Origin: a candidate division WS1 bacterium
GTDB taxonomy: Bacteria; Armatimonadota; Zipacnadia; Zipacnadales; UBA5352
Length of the DNA: 64,000 bases
Assembly: GCA_003566775.1 (NCBI GenBank)
Contig: PXBW01000215.1
Span: forward strand, 3,529 to 67,528
Direction of reading: 5' to 3'
Part shown: one piece after another, positions 30,301 through 41,266 of the stretch
How positions within the stretch are numbered: position 1 is the stretch's first letter
Layout of the letters: each line of letters begins with the position of its first letter
The notes under the pieces: generated by a model
The model's input: the letters and a program-made list of their open reading frames with translations, nothing else
The model's database searches: none
Told to the model about the DNA's origin: nothing
Program-made: the position numbers and the translations under genes

Positions 30301-33300
30301 CTATCCTTCGCCCGGCACGCTCGTAGCATCTTCGTGAGTCGCGGTCGACCGGCTTCGCTCATGCTCGCGTTGCCTGCGTGCCTGCTCCTGTGCGTCACGA
30401 AGCTCCACCGAGATGCGCCGGGAGACGCCTGCCTCCTGCATGGTTACGCCGTGCAGGAGGTCCACCGCCTCCATCGTGCGCGGGTTATGCGTGATGATGA
30501 TGAACTGCGATCGATCCGCGAACTGCTTGAGCAGCTTCACGAAGCGATCTGTGTTCGTTGCGTCGAGCGCAGCGTCGATCTCATCGAGCACGCAGAATGG
30601 GCTGGGCTTAACCTTCAGCATGGCGAAGAGCAGCGCGAGGGCAGTCATGGCGCGCTCTCCGCCGGAAAGCAGGCTCAGATGCTTCGGCCGCTTGCCCGTC
30701 GGCTGTGCGAACACTTCGACGCCACTTTCCAGTGGATTGTCATTGTCGGTGAGGTAAAGCTCGGTCTTGCCGCCGTGGAACAGGGTCGTGAAGGTCTCCT
30801 CGAATGCTTCGGCGATCTCCCCGAAGGTTGCGAGGAATTCCTCTTCGGCAGCGGTATCGATCTCTTCGATAATCTGAAGCAGATCCTCCCGTGCCTCCTC
30901 CATGTCCTCACGCTGGCCCTTGAGAAACTCCTCCCGTGCCCCGAGCCTCTCACACTCATCGATCGCGCTGAGATTCACGTGTCCCAGTGCGCGGATGTCA
31001 CGCTTGAGCGAGTTTACGTCGCGAGCGAGCTTCTGTCTGCTCGGTTCGTCGTCGTCGAGGCGCTCCATCGCCTCCTCAGGAGAGACCTCGTAGACGTCGG
31101 CAAGACGCTCGCGGATGCTCTCAAGCTGTGCCTGCTCACGTGTGAGCGCAACTTCCGCACGCTGCACCTTCTCCTGCTGGTTCTCCAGCACCCGCCGCAG
31201 CTTCCGGCTCGATGCCTCAAGCTGTTCCAACTTCTCGCGCAGGGTCGCGACATCTTCGGAGCGTCGGCCGACCACCTCGCGCAGCTTCTCAGCCTGCTCT
31301 TTCTCTTCCTCGAGGCGCTCTGCGGTGGTCTGGAGTTCGCCCTCAAACTCATCGATCTGAGCGGTCAGATTCGCGCGTGTCTTCTCCGCTACCTCAATCT
31401 CTCTTCGAGCGCGAGCAAGCTCGCCCTCGGTGTGTCGCACCAGTTCCTGCAGAGAGCGCTCCTTCTCCCGCAACTCGGCCAGCGCAACCTCTGCGTCAGT
31501 GACGGCGGAGCGCCGCTTCTCGATCTCTGAGGAAGCAAGCTGCCCCGACTTGACCTGCTCAATCTCGGAAGCCAACTCGGCCACCTGCACCTCCATCTCC
31601 TCTGCCGCCGCTGTCAGCTTCTTCTGACGTCCCGCAGTGGTGGTGAGACGCTTCTTGAGGTCCTCGATCTCCTGCTCGATCTCGGCGGCGGCGCTGATGG
31701 CGGTCTCAGCCTGATCCTGCATGTGGACGACGTCGCGCTCGGCCTCTGACAACTCGGTGCGGGCATCGCTCGCCGCTTCAGAGGCCTCCTCCACCCCCTG
31801 CGCGAGCCTCTCCGCCTCACGCTCGAAGCTCTCTTCGAAGCGCCACGCCTCTGCTACCGCATGTTTCAGGCGGTTCAGTTCTGCGCTCACCTGATCCATC
31901 TCGCGCCTGCGTGAGAACACCTCAACTGTCGCACCGCCCCGCGACCCGCCCCGAATCGCTCCGCTCCGCTCGATCAGTTCGCCCTCGACGGTGACCGCCC
32001 GGCACTGATGCCCGATGCGCTTGAGATGTCTCCGGGCCGCCTCGAGATCGTCCATGATCAGGCAGTCACCCAGAAGATGATCGAGCATCGAGCGCATCTC
32101 GCGCTCCGTCCTCACAAGGCTGGAGGCCACCCCGAGGCAGCCATCGCCGGAGGCGAGTCTCGCGGTGCGCGGCGTGCTCGCTGTCAGCACCGACAGGGGC
32201 AGGAAAGTCGCCTCACCGAGTTCATGCTCTCTAAGGTATTCGATCCCGGCGAGGGCCTGCTCTTCGTTGTCCACCAATATCCACTGAAGCCGCTCACCAA
32301 GCGCCACCTCGATTGCGACCTCGAGTCGCGCCGGGACCTCAATAAGCTCCCCGACCACGCCGCGGATGCCTTCAAGCTCTCCCCGCTCGGCGGCTTCCAT
32401 CGTCGCCCGAACTGAGTCCTCGAAGCCCTCGCGGCTCCGCTCAAGCTCCTCCAGCAGGGCCATGCGTGTCTCGGCTGCGGTCGCCGCTCCAGCGAGGATG
32501 TCACGCTTCGCGCGGTGCTCGCGCAGGGTTCGGTTCAGCCAGTCGTGGCGCTCGGTGAGCGCCGAAAGCTCCTCGCGCGTCGTCTTCACCTTAGCGGCCA
32601 ACTCGTCCCGCCGGCGCTTAACCTGCGCCATCTTATCCCGGGCCTCGGCAGCCTGTGACTGCAGGGCCTCGCGCTGGCTCTCAAGTCGCTGCACCCGCTC
32701 GCGCAACTCTTCCTTCAGGCTCTCCATCGCCTCGGCTTCGCGCCGCAGATTCGCGGCATTCTGCTGCTGCTCCTGGCGCTGCGAATGAAGCTTGCTCAGA
32801 CGCCTCTGGGATTCCTTGCGCCGCCTCTCCTGCTTCTTGAGGTCGCTGCGGAGGCGGTCGATCTCCTGCGAGGTCTTCTCCGTACGCTCTCGGATCCTCT
32901 GTCTCCGCGCGCGCAGCTCCTCGAGCTGCCCGGACAGTTCATCGAGCCGCGAACTGTCGTCGCGATCCGACTCCTCCAGATCCCGGAGGCGTTCGCGGGC
33001 CGACCTCAGCTTCTCCTGCGTCACCGCGTGGGCCCGCTCCGTCTGATCCGATCTGCGCTCAGCCTCCCTGGCTTTATCACGGAGCTTCGAGAGTTCGTTT
33101 TCGCCCCTGTGCAGTTCTGCCGCGATGCGCTCCTCCTCTGTCTCGATGAGCGTCATCCGAGAGCGGGTGCCTTCGGCATCGGCGGCGCCGATCTCCTGGT
33201 CGTTCGAGAGCTTGCCGAGTCGCTCGTTCCTGTCCCGATAGTCGAGTGCCAGCAGCTTGAGTTCAAGCTCACGAAGCTGGTTGTCGAGATCACGATACTG

Positions 33301-33939
33301 CCGCGCCTTCTCCGCGGCCTGCTCCAGCGGCTCGCGCTGCGAGGTGAGTTCGTAGATGATATCGGAGATGCGGCGCAGGTTCGCCTCGGTCGCCTCCAGC
33401 TTCCGCTGAGCCTTCCGGCGGCGACGCCGGTACTTGCCTATTCCGGCGACCTCCTCCATCAACTCGCGCCGGTCCTCGGAGCGGACGCTCAGAATCGCTT
33501 CGATCTCGCCCTGCCCGACGATGGAGTACGCCGCCTGCCCAACCCCGGTGTCGACGAAGAGATCGTGAATGTCTCGCAGCCGGCAGCTCGAGTTATTGAT
33601 TCCATACTCGCTCTCTCCGGTGCGGTAGAGGCGGCGATAGACCTCGACCTCGGTGAAATCTACGGGCAGCATCCCATCGGAGTTGTCCAGCAGCAGCCGC
33701 ACTTCAGACATTCCCAGCGGGCTTCGCCCCTCGGCTCCCGCGAAGATCACGTCCTGTGAAGTTTGCGTGCGGATTGCACGGTTACTCTGCTCGCCCAGCA
33801 CCCAGAGGACCGCGTCGGCAACGTTACTCTTGCCGACACCGTTGGGTCCCACAATGGCGGTAAGGCCCTCGCCGAACTCGAGCACGGTGTGATTGGCGAA
33901 GCTCTTGAAGCCGCGCATCTCCAGACTTTTCAGATACAC
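30301..33939 (-). CDS. smc: Chromosome segregation protein SMC
   Basis: [14 protein letters not shown], coiled coils and hinge, [14 protein letters not shown]; GTG start at 33939. Confidence 0.96.
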   Translation of the reverse strand: MYLKSLEMRGFKSFANHTVLEFGEGLTAIVGPNGVGKSNVADAVLWVLGEQSNRAIRTQTSQDVIFAGAEGRSPLGMSEVRLLLDNSDGMLPVDFTEVEVYRRLYRTGESEYGINNSSCRLRDIHDLFVDTGVGQAAYSIVGQGEIEAILSVRSEDRRELMEEVAGIGKYRRRRRKAQRKLEATEANLRRISDIIYELTSQREPLEQAAEKARQYRDLDNQLRELELKLLALDYRDRNERLGKLSNDQEIGAADAEGTRSRMTLIETEEERIAAELHRGENELSKLRDKAREAERRSDQTERAHAVTQEKLRSARERLRDLEESDRDDSSRLDELSGQLEELRARRQRIRERTEKTSQEIDRLRSDLKKQERRRKESQRRLSKLHSQRQEQQQNAANLRREAEAMESLKEELRERVQRLESQREALQSQAAEARDKMAQVKRRRDELAAKVKTTREELSALTERHDWLNRTLREHRAKRDILAGAATAAETRMALLEELERSREGFEDSVRATMEAAERGELEGIRGVVGELIEVPARLEVAIEVALGERLQWILVDNEEQALAGIEYLREHELGEATFLPLSVLTASTPRTARLASGDGCLGVASSLVRTEREMRSMLDHLLGDCLIMDDLEAARRHLKRIGHQCRAVTVEGELIERSGAIRGGSRGGATVEVFSRRREMDQVSAELNRLKHAVAEAWRFEESFEREAERLAQGVEEASEAASDARTELSEAERDVVHMQDQAETAISAAAEIEQEIEDLKKRLTTTAGRQKKLTAAAEEMEVQVAELASEIEQVKSGQLASSEIEKRRSAVTDAEVALAELREKERSLQELVRHTEGELARARREIEVAEKTRANLTAQIDEFEGELQTTAERLEEEKEQAEKLREVVGRRSEDVATLREKLEQLEASSRKLRRVLENQQEKVQRAEVALTREQAQLESIRERLADVYEVSPEEAMERLDDDEPSRQKLARDVNSLKRDIRALGHVNLSAIDECERLGAREEFLKGQREDMEEAREDLLQIIEEIDTAAEEEFLATFGEIAEAFEETFTTLFHGGKTELYLTDNDNPLESGVEVFAQPTGKRPKHLSLLSGGERAMTALALLFAMLKVKPSPFCVLDEIDAALDATNTDRFVKLLKQFADRSQFIIITHNPRTMEAVDLLHGVTMQEAGVSRRISVELRDAQEQARRQREHERSRSTATHEDATSVPGEG

Positions 33940-33999
33940 CTGTTCGATCCCCTGCTTCCATCGGAGCGAGCATCCGCTCCGGTCAGCGAGTGCGCGCAT

Positions 34000-35097
34000 T
34001 CACCGAACGAGTATGTCCGGACGTTGCAGCGTGGTTCCTTCGTAAGATACCTCAAGGACGGGCCATCCCGCGGGCTCGCTGAGGAACTCCGGCCCATCCG
34101 CGGTCGCGATTATCGTGTCCTCGGACTTCGTTCCTGCTATTGAAGGATTCCATGCAAACGCCTGGGCCTCGAGCACCGTCTCCTTCGAGTTCAACGTCGC
34201 TTTGTACTCCCGCGGCGCATACCCCGTCGCGCCGCCCTGATGATGCAGACGCCACTCGCGGGCGAAGCCGCTCTCCTCGTATGCCGCCATCCCGTGCCGG
34301 AAGATATCGCTCACGCCCGCACCCGGCCTCGACTCAAGGTTGAAGCATGCGTCCACATGGCAGCATGCCCGATGCTTGTCGCGTATCTCCGCGGGGGGCT
34401 CCCCGAAGTGCACCATCCGCGTGATGTAGACGCCCAGCCCGTACTTCGAAGCGCCGAGCACCACCATGACGTGCCGCTCCAGCACGAGATCCGTCGGTAT
34501 CGGATGTCGGTACTTGAACGCACGTTCATCGGCTGCGATCAGTGCGACTACGGGTTGCGCGCCCGCGGCAAAGGTCCGGCGCATCAGCAGCGCGGCAATC
34601 TCATGTTCGGTCATCCCCGGCTCGATCTCTCTACCGGTCTGTGCGATCGCCTCAGAGGCCGCCGCCGCAACCGCACGATACCGCTCTATCTCGGGCTCCA
34701 TCAGTCGCCACCGGAGGCGGTTGAAGCCATCAGATACGTCCTCGGCAAAGGCCAGGGGTGTGTCCGCACCGACACTGCCCGGTGCAAGCGCGGCTACCAT
34801 CGCGGCGCGATCCTCTTCGTGCCACTCCTGCGAATGTACCTCGAAGGGTAGCTCTTTGAGTTCCTCCTCGACAAAGCGTCCCGCCTCGATGTTGTCACAG
34901 GCCAGCATCTGACTATCGGGCGTCACCACCAGCCATCCCACTCCGGTGGCCGAGCCAAGGTCCACGTGTGAGCTGCCGCCGGCGGTCAGCCAGGCGAAGT
35001 TTGCCCGGGTGGTAAGTATCATCGCATCCAGATTCGCCTCGCCGATGTATGCGCGAACCTTCTCGAGCTTCGCCTGAACCTCTTCGTTGCGTGTCAA
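34000..35097 (-). CDS. M24 (pita-bread) fold protein with an atypical active site
   Basis: Creatinase-like N-terminus; PGMTE, HHQGG, WNPS and KSEDT. Confidence 0.8.
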   Translation of the reverse strand: MTRNEEVQAKLEKVRAYIGEANLDAMILTTRANFAWLTAGGSSHVDLGSATGVGWLVVTPDSQMLACDNIEAGRFVEEELKELPFEVHSQEWHEEDRAAMVAALAPGSVGADTPLAFAEDVSDGFNRLRWRLMEPEIERYRAVAAAASEAIAQTGREIEPGMTEHEIAALLMRRTFAAGAQPVVALIAADERAFKYRHPIPTDLVLERHVMVVLGASKYGLGVYITRMVHFGEPPAEIRDKHRACCHVDACFNLESRPGAGVSDIFRHGMAAYEESGFAREWRLHHQGGATGYAPREYKATLNSKETVLEAQAFAWNPSIAGTKSEDTIIATADGPEFLSEPAGWPVLEVSYEGTTLQRPDILVR

Positions 35098-35100
35098 CGC

Positions 35101-36276
35101 TCAGTCCTCCCCATCGGCGGGGATCAGTCCCGCGCCATCCGCGGCATCAGTGCCGAAGATCGCGGGCCCAAGCCCCGTCTGCGTCTCGTAGCGCCGCGCA
35201 ACCGTTGTGATGAACTCATCCTCCGCTTCTGCCCGCACCAGCGCCAGCACACAGCCGCCGAAGCCCGCGCCAATCAGCCGGGCGCCGAAGCAGCCCGTTG
35301 CTTCCAGCGCCGCCTCGCGCATCGCCTCAAGTTCCCTGCAGCTAACCTCATAGTTGTCGCGCAGGCTGAGATGGCTCTGGTTGAGCAGGGTTCCGAGAGC
35401 CTCAACGTCGCCCGCTTCGAGGACCTTCACACCCTGCTGCACACGCTGGTTCTCGGTCACGACGTGGCGCGCGCGCCGCAGCAATGTGCCACCGAGCAGA
35501 TCCGCGTTCGCATCCAGTGTCGGCTCGTCAACGTCGCGCAGCGTCCGGACGCCGAGAAGCTCGGACGCCTGCTCACACTGCGCCCGACGCTCATTGTACG
35601 CCGATCCCACCAGTTCCCGCGGCTTCTTTGTATCACAGACAACGAAGCGAGCCTCATCAGAGCCCATCTTCACCAGACGCCGCTTCAGTGTGCGGCAGTC
35701 CAGCCAGAGAACTCGCTCTGTACGAGCAAATACTGAAGTAAACTGATCGAGAATCCCGCACCGCATCCCGACGAACTCGTTCTCGGCACGCTGACACAGC
35801 AGCGCCAGTGTCTCGGGATCGATCGAACATTCTGCGAGAGTGCTCAGCGCGATTGCGGTGGCGACCTCGATGGCCGCTGATGAGGATACCCCGCCACCGA
35901 CCGGGACGTCGCTTACAATGGCGAGGTCCGCGCCCGGAACCTCACAGCCCTCGGCCGCAAGCTCCTGCGCCACGCCCGCAACGTAGTCCCACCAGCGGCC
36001 CCACGGTCCCTCATCGAGGCGGGAGAGTTCAAAGCTCGCCTCAGTCTCATCACAGTCGCTCCACGCGCGCAGGTGCAGATCATCGCGCTCGCCCGCCGCC
36101 ACCACGGTGGCACGCTCGATAGCGAGCGCCATGATGAAGCCCTCGCTGTAATCGGTGTGCCCGCCCAGCATCTCCAACCGTCCGGGGGCGCGCGCGATCA
36201 CATCTGGTTCGCGCTCGAAGCGGTTCCGAAACTCCGTCTCCGCTCGCCCGGCAAGTGCCCGTGTGGGGGCATCCAT
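35101..36276 (-). CDS. Galactokinase-like GHMP sugar kinase
   Basis: APGRLEMLGGHTDY, PVGGGVSSSAA, CGILDQ and GAGFGG. Start moved to the ATG at 36276 because a promoter overlaps the longer ORF. Confidence 0.85.
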   Translation of the reverse strand: MDAPTRALAGRAETEFRNRFEREPDVIARAPGRLEMLGGHTDYSEGFIMALAIERATVVAAGERDDLHLRAWSDCDETEASFELSRLDEGPWGRWWDYVAGVAQELAAEGCEVPGADLAIVSDVPVGGGVSSSAAIEVATAIALSTLAECSIDPETLALLCQRAENEFVGMRCGILDQFTSVFARTERVLWLDCRTLKRRLVKMGSDEARFVVCDTKKPRELVGSAYNERRAQCEQASELLGVRTLRDVDEPTLDANADLLGGTLLRRARHVVTENQRVQQGVKVLEAGDVEALGTLLNQSHLSLRDNYEVSCRELEAMREAALEATGCFGARLIGAGFGGCVLALVRAEAEDEFITTVARRYETQTGLGPAIFGTDAADGAGLIPADGED

Positions 36277-36288
36277 GTAACACTCGTG

Positions 36289-36316
36289 ATTATACAGGAT
36301 CACTACCCCCTGTCAA
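36289..36316 (-). promoter_or_regulatory. Consensus sigma70 promoter TTGACA-N16-TATAAT
   Basis: Plus strand shows attata at 36289-36294 and tgtcaa at 36311-36316. Confidence 0.8.
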
Positions 36317-36330
36317 CGCGGAAGAAATCC

Positions 36331-37404
36331 TCACGCCTCATATTGTCCATGTTTATGCACAAGTTCCATCACGTATCTGTACTGTTCGAAGCTGACGTTG
36401 TCCGGCACGGAATGATCCGAATGGTAGATGTACCCGCCCCCGCGCCTGGCTATCCCGATCTTCGTGGCGATCTCCTCTTCTATGATACGCGGGTCACCCT
36501 CGGCCATCTTTCGGACATCGATGCCGCCCATGAAGGCGAGTTGCTGTCCGTAGCGCTCCTTCAGCGCGAGCAGGTCCATCCCGGCCTTGACTTCCAGCGG
36601 CTGCAGGCAATCGAATCCCGCGTCGATGAGGTCCGGCACCAGTGCCGTCACATCACCACACGAGTGCAGTACCACCTTCAGGCCATGCCGATGGAAGAAG
36701 TCGCAGGTCTTCGCATGCGCCGGTTGGCACAGATCACGGTACATCTGCGGGGAGAAGAGCGGTCCGTTGCGGTATCCCATGTCATCGCAGAGGAATGCGC
36801 CGTCGAACTCGAAGCCGCCCTCGATCATCATCTGCGCGGTCTCAACGATCATATCCGCCGCGGTCATAAACATGTCGGCACACCAGTCCGGCTCCTGCGC
36901 CATCGCCATCAGCAGTCGCTCGGAGCCCACAATACCCTGGGTCTTGTCATAGCCGGTCGCCGCGCGGTAGGGGAACCACAGTCCTCTCTGGCGAGCCCTG
37001 CGCATCGCCCGAAGTCCGCCCTCCCAGTTGATCCGGTCGCGCCCGATCTCAAGCTCCTGTTTCCATGCGTACCAGTCTGCGGGCGTCTTTATCCTGAAGT
37101 CGATGCACTCAGGTGTTGAGGTGGAGTGCCGGAAGTTCCTGCGCAGGGCGCCGTTCGAGTTCCACTCGATGACGTATTCGTCTGTCTCCTCGACTATCTC
37201 CGGTTCCATACCCAGCGACAGATCCGCGCCGATACCGGAGAACTCGTAGCCGAAGTACTCAGCCGGCGTCGTATCCTTCGGCAGCCCCTCGCGATGCCAG
37301 CGGGCGATCGTTGTCGCCCATGGACTGTCGTGGATCGGGACCCGATCGGGCTCCTGATGATGCAGCGCCATCAGCACGCGTTCTCTACCCGTCATCAGTG
37401 TCAT
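36331..37404 (-). CDS. Uroporphyrinogen decarboxylase-like (URO-D/MtaA fold) protein
   Basis: PDRVP, DDMG, FSP, LHSCG, GGID and SDHSVP. Confidence 0.85.
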   Translation of the reverse strand: MTLMTGRERVLMALHHQEPDRVPIHDSPWATTIARWHREGLPKDTTPAEYFGYEFSGIGADLSLGMEPEIVEETDEYVIEWNSNGALRRNFRHSTSTPECIDFRIKTPADWYAWKQELEIGRDRINWEGGLRAMRRARQRGLWFPYRAATGYDKTQGIVGSERLLMAMAQEPDWCADMFMTAADMIVETAQMMIEGGFEFDGAFLCDDMGYRNGPLFSPQMYRDLCQPAHAKTCDFFHRHGLKVVLHSCGDVTALVPDLIDAGFDCLQPLEVKAGMDLLALKERYGQQLAFMGGIDVRKMAEGDPRIIEEEIATKIGIARRGGGYIYHSDHSVPDNVSFEQYRYVMELVHKHGQYEA

Positions 37405-38027
37405 CCTTTCGTACTCACAGGCTCGGAGGCACGATAGACGCGGAAACCGCCGCGCATGGCGGTTCTCGCCACCGTGGCAAATCGCGCTTCAAGTTCGCGC
37501 CGCAGGCTCTTCGCGCCTTTCTTCGTCGCGGCCACCATCCAGAGATCTCCGCCTGCTCGCAGCATCTCAGCGGCCTGATCCGCCATAGCCAGCACCGCCT
37601 GCCGACCCGCGCTGATCGGCGGATTGCATAAGACTGCATCGAAGCAGCGCCCCGCCAGTACCTGGAGGGCATCGCCGCAGATCACCTGTGCCTCTACATC
37701 GTTGCGCCTGACATTCCTGCGCGCAAGATCGCACGCCCGGCGGTTGATGTCAACCATCACCACACTCAGTTCCGGCCATGTCCTCGCCGCCACAATCCCC
37801 ACCAGCCCCCACGCGCAGCCCCAGTCGAGTACGCTGCCCTCCTCGGGAAGATCCATCTTCTCGGCCAGCAGGCGGCTGCCTCGGTCAACCTTCCCGTAGG
37901 AGAACACGCCCCGGTCGGTCACGAAGCTCAGTCGGTGTCCGCGCACCTCCGCCTCAACGGTGCGGGGGTCACTCGGCACCTCTGGCTCCTTCACAAAGTA
38001 ATGCGCATTACCCGCGTCGTCAGTCAT
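37401..38027 (-). CDS. Small class I methyltransferase, RsmC/YbxB-like
   Basis: HYF, GVFSYGKVDRGS, LDWGCAWG and NPP. Confidence 0.85.
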   Translation of the reverse strand: MTDDAGNAHYFVKEPEVPSDPRTVEAEVRGHRLSFVTDRGVFSYGKVDRGSRLLAEKMDLPEEGSVLDWGCAWGLVGIVAARTWPELSVVMVDINRRACDLARRNVRRNDVEAQVICGDALQVLAGRCFDAVLCNPPISAGRQAVLAMADQAAEMLRAGGDLWMVAATKKGAKSLRRELEARFATVARTAMRGGFRVYRASEPVSTKG

Positions 38028-38985
38028 CGTTCGGCTCATCCTCGTCCGATTCATCGCGTGCCAACTCCATCAGCACCATCTCGGGCGGACAGAAGACGCG
38101 CACGGGCAGCCAGTTCACTCCCACGCCCCTGCTGACGTAGAGCAGTTGTCCACTCGGGCAGGGCACCTGCAGCGGCGTTTTGTTGAGCCTCAGGAGCTTC
38201 CAGTGACCGATTAGACGCTGCGGCACGCGCTCAGCCCTCTCGTCCAGTCGAAACAGCCCCGCTGCAAGCTGGCGCGGATAGGCCCTGTGGGTGATCAGCG
38301 CCTCTGCGCCGGGAATTCGCACCTGCCCTCCGTGCGTGTGCCCACAGACAGAGATATGCGCCTCAAGATCCGCCAGTTCCTGCCACTGTTCCGGAGAATG
38401 GGTCATTCCGATGCGAAGATCCGCCTCTGAATCCAGAGGAATCCGCTTCACTTTGGGATCCGCGCTACGCTCCGACGTATTGTCGATCCCCACGATCTCC
38501 AGCGTGCAGTCGCCCACCTTCAGTTGCACCGCATCGTTCACCAGCAGGGCGCCACCACCAGATCGGAGGGCCCTGCTGAGTTCCTCGCAGTCGAGCCGAT
38601 GCCTCAGGTCGGTGTTTCCGCGCACGGCGAAGGTGCGACAGATGGCCGACAGGGCTGCGATCAGATCGATGGCCTCGAGACGGTGTTCGCTGCTGTAGGT
38701 ATAATCACCGCCCAGCAGGAGTATATCCGGGGCGATCTCACGTAGACTCGCCAGGAGATCCTCGCGGGAAACGTAAAGGCGTTTCACATGCAGATCGGAG
38801 AGAAAGATGAGCCGAAGCTCATCGAGGTCCGCCGGCAGTTCGGGCAGCATCAGGCGGAGGTGGGTTGTGCGCAGGCGCCGTCCGTCCCGCTGCTGGGTCA
38901 CGAGGACAATAACGACAAGTGCCGCGATCAGCAGCACCGCTGTCGTGGGAAGCCACATCATCCTGAGGTCACCGCCGACCGACAC
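38020..38985 (-). CDS. Membrane-anchored metallophosphoesterase (YkuE-like)
   Basis: N-terminal TM; SDLH, GGD, GNTD, GHTHGGQ and SRGVG...RVFCPPE. Confidence 0.85.
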   Translation of the reverse strand: MSVGGDLRMMWLPTTAVLLIAALVVIVLVTQQRDGRRLRTTHLRLMLPELPADLDELRLIFLSDLHVKRLYVSREDLLASLREIAPDILLLGGDYTYSSEHRLEAIDLIAALSAICRTFAVRGNTDLRHRLDCEELSRALRSGGGALLVNDAVQLKVGDCTLEIVGIDNTSERSADPKVKRIPLDSEADLRIGMTHSPEQWQELADLEAHISVCGHTHGGQVRIPGAEALITHRAYPRQLAAGLFRLDERAERVPQRLIGHWKLLRLNKTPLQVPCPSGQLLYVSRGVGVNWLPVRVFCPPEMVLMELARDESDEDEPNDD

Positions 38986-38998
38986 GTGTCGACTTCAA

Positions 38999-39691
38999 TC
39001 ACCGGCCGCCTACCTGTCCAGAGAGTATCATGACACCGGGATTGACAGTGACCGATTGAATCCGCACATTGTCGCGAGATGCGAGGTCGCGCACGCCGCG
39101 CTGCAACTGGCCGCGCACTTCTTCCTTCACCGGCGATGGTGCCGCCAGCCTTCCGACGCGCACCTCCAGCACGTCCACGTCGAGTTCGCCACCCGAGACG
39201 AAGGGCCTCGCTCGCACCGTCAGACTCACGTTACGTCCGCGATACTGCACATCTCCTGTTGCCGCCATCGTGCCCTCGCCAAAGTACACGCGCATATTGC
39301 GTATGTCTCCAGAGCCCTCCTGCTGAATGAGCGAGTTCAGCTCCTCCTGGCGCACAGTCACCGTCGTCGGGACCGGGCGATCGGACTGGCGCGCGGTCTG
39401 TTCGACCCAGTCGATCTGCTGTCTCAGAGGAGGCGGTGAAGCGGGGGCACGCTCACGTGGCCGGCCCTCATCCGGTGCCGCGGGAGGTGAAGGCGCATCC
39501 GGGATGGCGGTCTCCTCGGGGGTCGCCCGGCTCGCGGTGGCCTCCGGGGGAAGTGCGGGTCCGCTCATCGCGAGTGCGTAGAGGATAACCAGCACTATCA
39601 GACCGATCAGGAGCGCACCGCCGCAACCGATGCCGAACCACGCGGCGGTGCTCAGTTTGCGCTCGGGCTTTCTCGGCACTTTCCGCGCCAT
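38999..39691 (-). CDS. Single-pass membrane protein with a Pro-rich linker and a beta-rich C-terminal domain
   Basis: TM at about residues 17-41, PPEATA...PSPPAAP linker; lies in the pth gene run. Confidence 0.7.
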   Translation of the reverse strand: MARKVPRKPERKLSTAAWFGIGCGGALLIGLIVLVILYALAMSGPALPPEATASRATPEETAIPDAPSPPAAPDEGRPRERAPASPPPLRQQIDWVEQTARQSDRPVPTTVTVRQEELNSLIQQEGSGDIRNMRVYFGEGTMAATGDVQYRGRNVSLTVRARPFVSGGELDVDVLEVRVGRLAAPSPVKEEVRGQLQRGVRDLASRDNVRIQSVTVNPGVMILSGQVGGR

Positions 39692-39724
39692 CAGGGTCCT
39701 CCAGACAGGCGCGCGGCATACCGG

Positions 39725-40282
39725 TCAGTTGAACTGGTTCATCGCCGCCTCGATGCCTTCGATGATTGTCATCTCGACACACTCACAGGCACGTAACACT
39801 GCCTCAGTCGCCTCTTCACGCTCCTCGGCTGAGAACTCCGAGAGTACCCAGTCTCTTGCACCCACGCCGCCGGGAGGAGAGCCGATCCCGATGCGCAGGC
39901 GCGGATAGTCGCGCGTCTGCAGCTTCTCAGTGATGGACTTGAGACCGTTATGTCCGCCCTCGGAGCCGCCGCGACGCAGGCGCAGCTTCCCGAGGTCGAG
40001 GTTCAGGTCATCGACCACGACGATGAGATCCTCGGGCCCGAGGTCGTGCAGGTGACACATTCGCAGCACCGCCACGCCGCTGAGGTTCATCATGGTGAGC
40101 GGCTTCGCAAGGACCACCGGGGTGTCTGCGATCTCTCCGGTTCCGGCCACGGCCGCAGCACGCGGACGCCGGAATCGGATCTCATGCCGCTCGGCGAGCG
40201 CGTCGACGACCTCGAACCCGATGTTATGTCTTGTTCCTGTGTACTCGGCCCGGCAGTTTCCAAGGCCGATTATCCCACGCAT
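39725..40282 (-). CDS. pth: Peptidyl-tRNA hydrolase
   Basis: GLGN, TRHNIG, KPLTMMNLSG, GGHNGL and RLRIGIG. Confidence 0.95.
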   Translation of the reverse strand: MRGIIGLGNCRAEYTGTRHNIGFEVVDALAERHEIRFRRPRAAAVAGTGEIADTPVVLAKPLTMMNLSGVAVLRMCHLHDLGPEDLIVVVDDLNLDLGKLRLRRGGSEGGHNGLKSITEKLQTRDYPRLRIGIGSPPGGVGARDWVLSEFSAEEREEATEAVLRACECVEMTIIEGIEAAMNQFN

Positions 40283-40303
40283 CCTTCAGGCTCCCCGCGG
40301 GGC

Positions 40304-41071
40304 TTAGTCGAACTGATCGAGTTCGGACTCGTCGGCCTCCTGCACATCCACCTGTGCGCCCTCGGGCGCTTCGGCCTCCTCGCCCTCCTCCTCGACCTCT
40401 TCACCCACGAGTTCCTCGGCCTCGACAACCTCTTCGCCGATCTCAAGATCAACCAGCGACTCGAGTAGATCGTCCTCGAGACGGGCTTCGAGTTCCTCTT
40501 CGCTGATCGGCGCAGCGATCGTCAGAACCGCCTCATCTTCCTCCAGCACGTAGGTAATGCCCTCGATCTGCGGCAGGTCGGTCACGAACAGCGCATCGCC
40601 TATCTCCATGCCGCTGATATCCGCCTCGATGCTCTCCGGGATCTCGGTGGGCAGACAGGTCACCGGCACTGCGTGGAACTGCTGCTGCACAACACCGCCG
40701 TCCTCGTCAACGCCGGGCGCATGTCCGCTGACCTCGATCGGGACCTCAACCTCGATCGCCTCCTCGAGCGAGATCCACTGGAAATCCACGGCAAGGGGCG
40801 TGCGACTGACCGGGTCGCGCTGAAGCTCCTTGACGATCGCGGCCACCTTCGCCTCGCTCTCCTCTCCCGGAATCTCGAGGTCGATCAGCACATTCGCGTC
40901 GGCGCCGCTATAGACTTGCTCGAGTTCCTGCTGATCCACGGCGACGTGCACCGTGTCGCGACCGCGTCCGTACACTACCGCCGGTATGGCGCCGCCCGCG
41001 CGCATCCGCCGGGCCGGCCCCTTCCCGGTTTCCTCTCGCAACTCTACCGTCAGTGGGATGATCTCCATCAC
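40304..41071 (-). CDS. rplY: 50S ribosomal protein L25/Ctc with an acidic tail
   Basis: GKGPARRMR...IPAVVYG and QRDPV...VDF; upstream of pth. Confidence 0.93.
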   Translation of the reverse strand: MMEIIPLTVELREETGKGPARRMRAGGAIPAVVYGRGRDTVHVAVDQQELEQVYSGADANVLIDLEIPGEESEAKVAAIVKELQRDPVSRTPLAVDFQWISLEEAIEVEVPIEVSGHAPGVDEDGGVVQQQFHAVPVTCLPTEIPESIEADISGMEIGDALFVTDLPQIEGITYVLEEDEAVLTIAAPISEEELEARLEDDLLESLVDLEIGEEVVEAEELVGEEVEEEGEEAEAPEGAQVDVQEADESELDQFD

Positions 41072-41266
41072 AAATTGCCTCCTGGCCCATGCACCGTCTC
41101 GAAGCGGCCATGGTAAGCTTCTGGTATTCTTCGGTACGTTATTGGGCTGCGTCGAACGAGTATGCTGGATGACTGCGCCGAGTATCTGAAGCAGTTACGT
41201 GAGTAAGACGCAAAGACTATGACATCACGGGCAATGCGTGATCGAGAGACTTATTCGCTGAGAGAC

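Noticed and set aside
29656-31530. 624-aa plus-strand ORF
   Set aside because: Antisense to smc and ftsY; expected from stop-poor GC-rich coding DNA.
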